Shown here: positions 62,792-64,000 of the stretch, piece after piece
Layout of the letters: every line of letters begins with the position of its first letter
How positions within the stretch are numbered: position 1 is the first letter of the stretch
DNA from: Meyerozyma guilliermondii
Taxonomy: Eukaryota
DNA: 64,000 bases
Assembly (NCBI GenBank): GCA_051546255.1
Contig: CP128815.1
Location: forward strand, 186,001 to 250,000
Reading direction: 5' to 3'
The notes under the pieces: model-generated
Database searches by the model: none
What the model was told of the DNA's origin: nothing
What the model saw: only the letters and a program-made list of their open reading frames with translations
Translations under genes and position numbers: made by a program

Positions 62792-64000
62792 TTACGACAC
62801 GATAGTCTTGTCTTTAATACTGAGAGGGCCAAGCAATTTCGCCAACTGATCGTCGAGAGCTCTTTGTGGGTGTTCTTCTCTCCATTTGAGGAAATCGCTT
62901 GTGAGGGCGGCTTCAAAGTGTAGTCGGGGTCTTGTAAGTTCTCGCATTACAAGCTTTGAACCCTCGACATCAAAGCAGAATGATTGAAGTTTTCCATTGC
63001 GCTTTTTCAGAATACAGCCCTTGATGAAACGAACCAAAAAGATCAACCAGCGATCCAAAAACCATTTCTCAAGACGCTTCATGCCTCCAGAAAGTACCTT
63101 GTTAACATCCCACTCTTTAACTGAAGTTAACTTGAGTTTATCTTTGAGACCAACAACGAGTGTTGGTGTACCAGCCAATTGACACTGAATGAGGGCAGGA
63201 TGAAAATTTTTCAAGCCAGAATTCCACTGTACTCTCGCCTTAAATTCAACGTATCGTTCTAAATTTTTGACTGGATCGTCAAGGCCAAATGTTTCGTTCA
63301 GACTGGGTTTCAAATCTATGCCTTCTAGCGGCCTTACTGCATCAATCTCGCATGCTACTAATATGGAATCATTCAGCAGCGAACATGAATGTCGTACCAA
63401 AGTATAGTACTTCTCATTGCTGTTTTTAGGCCACTCAAAGCAGAATCTGCCATTGACCATTTTCTGCCTAACCGTCATCAATTGCTCGAAATTGGGTCCT
63501 GTCATTACAGATGGATTGTTGAAAGGAGTTCCTTTCTTGTCGTCTTCCAAAAAGAGCTGGTCATTAACAGCGTATATCCACGTCAGGGCCTTGGTACTGT
63601 CTATTCCTGACATCATGAGGTTTACCAAAGTTGAGCGGGTAGCGACAATATCAGCCTGAATTTTTACGCCATTCCTCTCAGAGTTTGCGAGCGCAGTATA
63701 CTTTGTTCCTCTTTGCGCATCCTCTTCTAGCAGCATCTCCTTCAGATGGTTATCCTGAAACTTCGCATGGCCTCTTCCAAGATCAATTGGAAACTTTCGA
63801 GTTCTCCAAGTGTTGGTAGCTTTATGTGCGATAAATAGTCTTTCATCCATGACCCAGGTCTTTGCCAGAGAGCGATTTAATTTGATTTCCAACGATGGGG
63901 TTCTCGAATAATAAAGTGCTTCATATAATGGCTCCTTCAGCCAGTCGCACTGGCGTAGCATGTTATAGAAATTGTCTGACCGAACATAGTCCAAATCTAT
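62792..64000 (-). CDS. Divergent Rai1/DXO-family PD-(D/E)xK decapping nuclease, 5' end probably outside the window
   Basis: ADIVATR, GPNFE, CEID, YVEFK, IQCQLAG...VVG match the Rai1/DXO motif order. Confidence 0.7.
   Translation of the reverse strand: MDLDYVRSDNFYNMLRQCDWLKEPLYEALYYSRTPSLEIKLNRSLAKTWVMDERLFIAHKATNTWRTRKFPIDLGRGHAKFQDNHLKEMLLEEDAQRGTKYTALANSERNGVKIQADIVATRSTLVNLMMSGIDSTKALTWIYAVNDQLFLEDDKKGTPFNNPSVMTGPNFEQLMTVRQKMVNGRFCFEWPKNSNEKYYTLVRHSCSLLNDSILVACEIDAVRPLEGIDLKPSLNETFGLDDPVKNLERYVEFKARVQWNSGLKNFHPALIQCQLAGTPTLVVGLKDKLKLTSVKEWDVNKVLSGGMKRLEKWFLDRWLIFLVRFIKGCILKKRNGKLQSFCFDVEGSKLVMRELTRPRLHFEAALTSDFLKWREEHPQRALDDQLAKLLGPLSIKDKTIVS

Overview
This is a gene-dense eukaryotic window from a budding yeast of the CTG (CUG-Ser) clade. 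CTG codons repeatedly fall at positions where the families have Ser. The moderate GC and very short intergenic gaps are compatible with a Meyerozyma/Debaryomycetaceae-type genome (inference). It holds about 35 protein-coding genes: AXL1-like, a copper amine oxidase, a Tip1/Srp1-family wall protein, an LRR protein, a GH3 beta-glucosidase, two DHA2 MFS paralogues, DPB2, BET2, a Dot6-like SANT protein, a Yta6/Sap1 AAA ATPase, APQ12, a Djp1/Caj1 J-protein, ISD11, an SDR, TRS130, JEN1-like, two EEP paralogues, CNE1, ECM1, TFB1, COA1, SKG1-like, OMA1, RTS2, a UBP, BAS1, MTD1, GYP1, SSZ1 and a divergent Rai1/DXO nuclease. There are also four tRNA genes. Signals the ORF track misses: (1) two ultra-short spliceosomal introns (42 and 46 nt) that repair the GH3 and ECM1 gene models; (2) an AT-rich, frameshifted coding-like relic at about 53.4-54.2 kb that looks foreign, possibly captured from a cytoplasmic linear plasmid or virus; (3) BAS1 sitting next to its known target MTD1, with a perfect inverted pair of TGACTC sites in the BAS1 promoter; (4) a dense TGCA cluster upstream of a small Dot6-like SANT gene. 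All gene names come from motif recognition; no database search was run.
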